Shown here: positions 57,936 to 58,002 of the stretch, piece by piece | Layout of the letters: every line of letters begins with the position of its first letter | Numbering within the stretch: position 1 is the stretch's first letter | Assembly: GCA_045653105.1 (NCBI GenBank) | Contig: JAZOLL010000060.1 | Span: 1 to 58,002 of the forward strand | Direction of reading: 5' to 3' | Length of the DNA stretch: 58,002 nucleotides | Source: Eubacteriales bacterium | GTDB lineage: Bacteria; Bacillota; Clostridia; Oscillospirales; CAG-272 | Translations under genes and position numbers: made by a program | Notes under the pieces: generated by a model | Database searches by the model: none | What the model saw: only the letters and a program-made list of their open reading frames with translations | Told to the model about the DNA's origin: nothing

Positions 57936-58002
57936 ATGCCTACGAAGAAATTTAAACCGACGACACCGTCGAGAAGACACATGTCCGTGCCTACTTTCGA
58001 GG
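57936..58002 (+). CDS. rplB: 50S ribosomal protein L2 (5' partial)
   Basis: AGGAGGT RBS; MPTKKFKPTTPSRRHM; runs off the window end. Confidence 0.93.
   Translation, partial: MPTKKFKPTTPSRRHMSVPTFE

Overview
Chromosomal origin region of a spore-forming Firmicute (Clostridia-like; inferred from spoVAC, a noc-like gene, remB, sigma-A promoters and gene content). Left to right: IS200-like and palindromic repeat remnants, three small hypothetical genes behind a sigE/sigK-like promoter, type II pantothenate kinase, a 12-gene Wzx/Wzy polysaccharide locus (AATGal-type aminotransferase and priming transferase, UDP-HexNAc dehydrogenase, LicD, LicC, a sulfatase-like enzyme), a metallophosphoesterase lipoprotein, tRNA-Ser(GCT), gtrA-rarA, gyrA-gyrB-remB-recF-dnaN-oriC-dnaA, an AT-rich two-gene islet where rpmH normally lies, copA, glutamine synthetase III, serS-parB-(small ORF)-parA-parS cluster-noc-rsmG-mnmG, araC, spoVAC, a glycine riboswitch with an AGCS symporter, two repeat-built surface proteins, and the start of the S10 operon. 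The most unusual observations are: (1) a ~63-aa ORF between parA and parB that carries a stand-alone canonical ParA-activating LGRGL motif while ParB's own motif has diverged; (2) a candidate zwitterionic, LicD-decorated polysaccharide locus with no LicA/LicB; (3) four CBM9/DOMON-like surface domains with variable loops and a shared Cys-containing C-terminal anchor; (4) a 29-aa insertion in uL4; (5) a rearranged origin with variant DnaA boxes; (6) dense REP/REPIN-like intergenic repeats. All product calls come from motif recognition by eye; no database searches were run.
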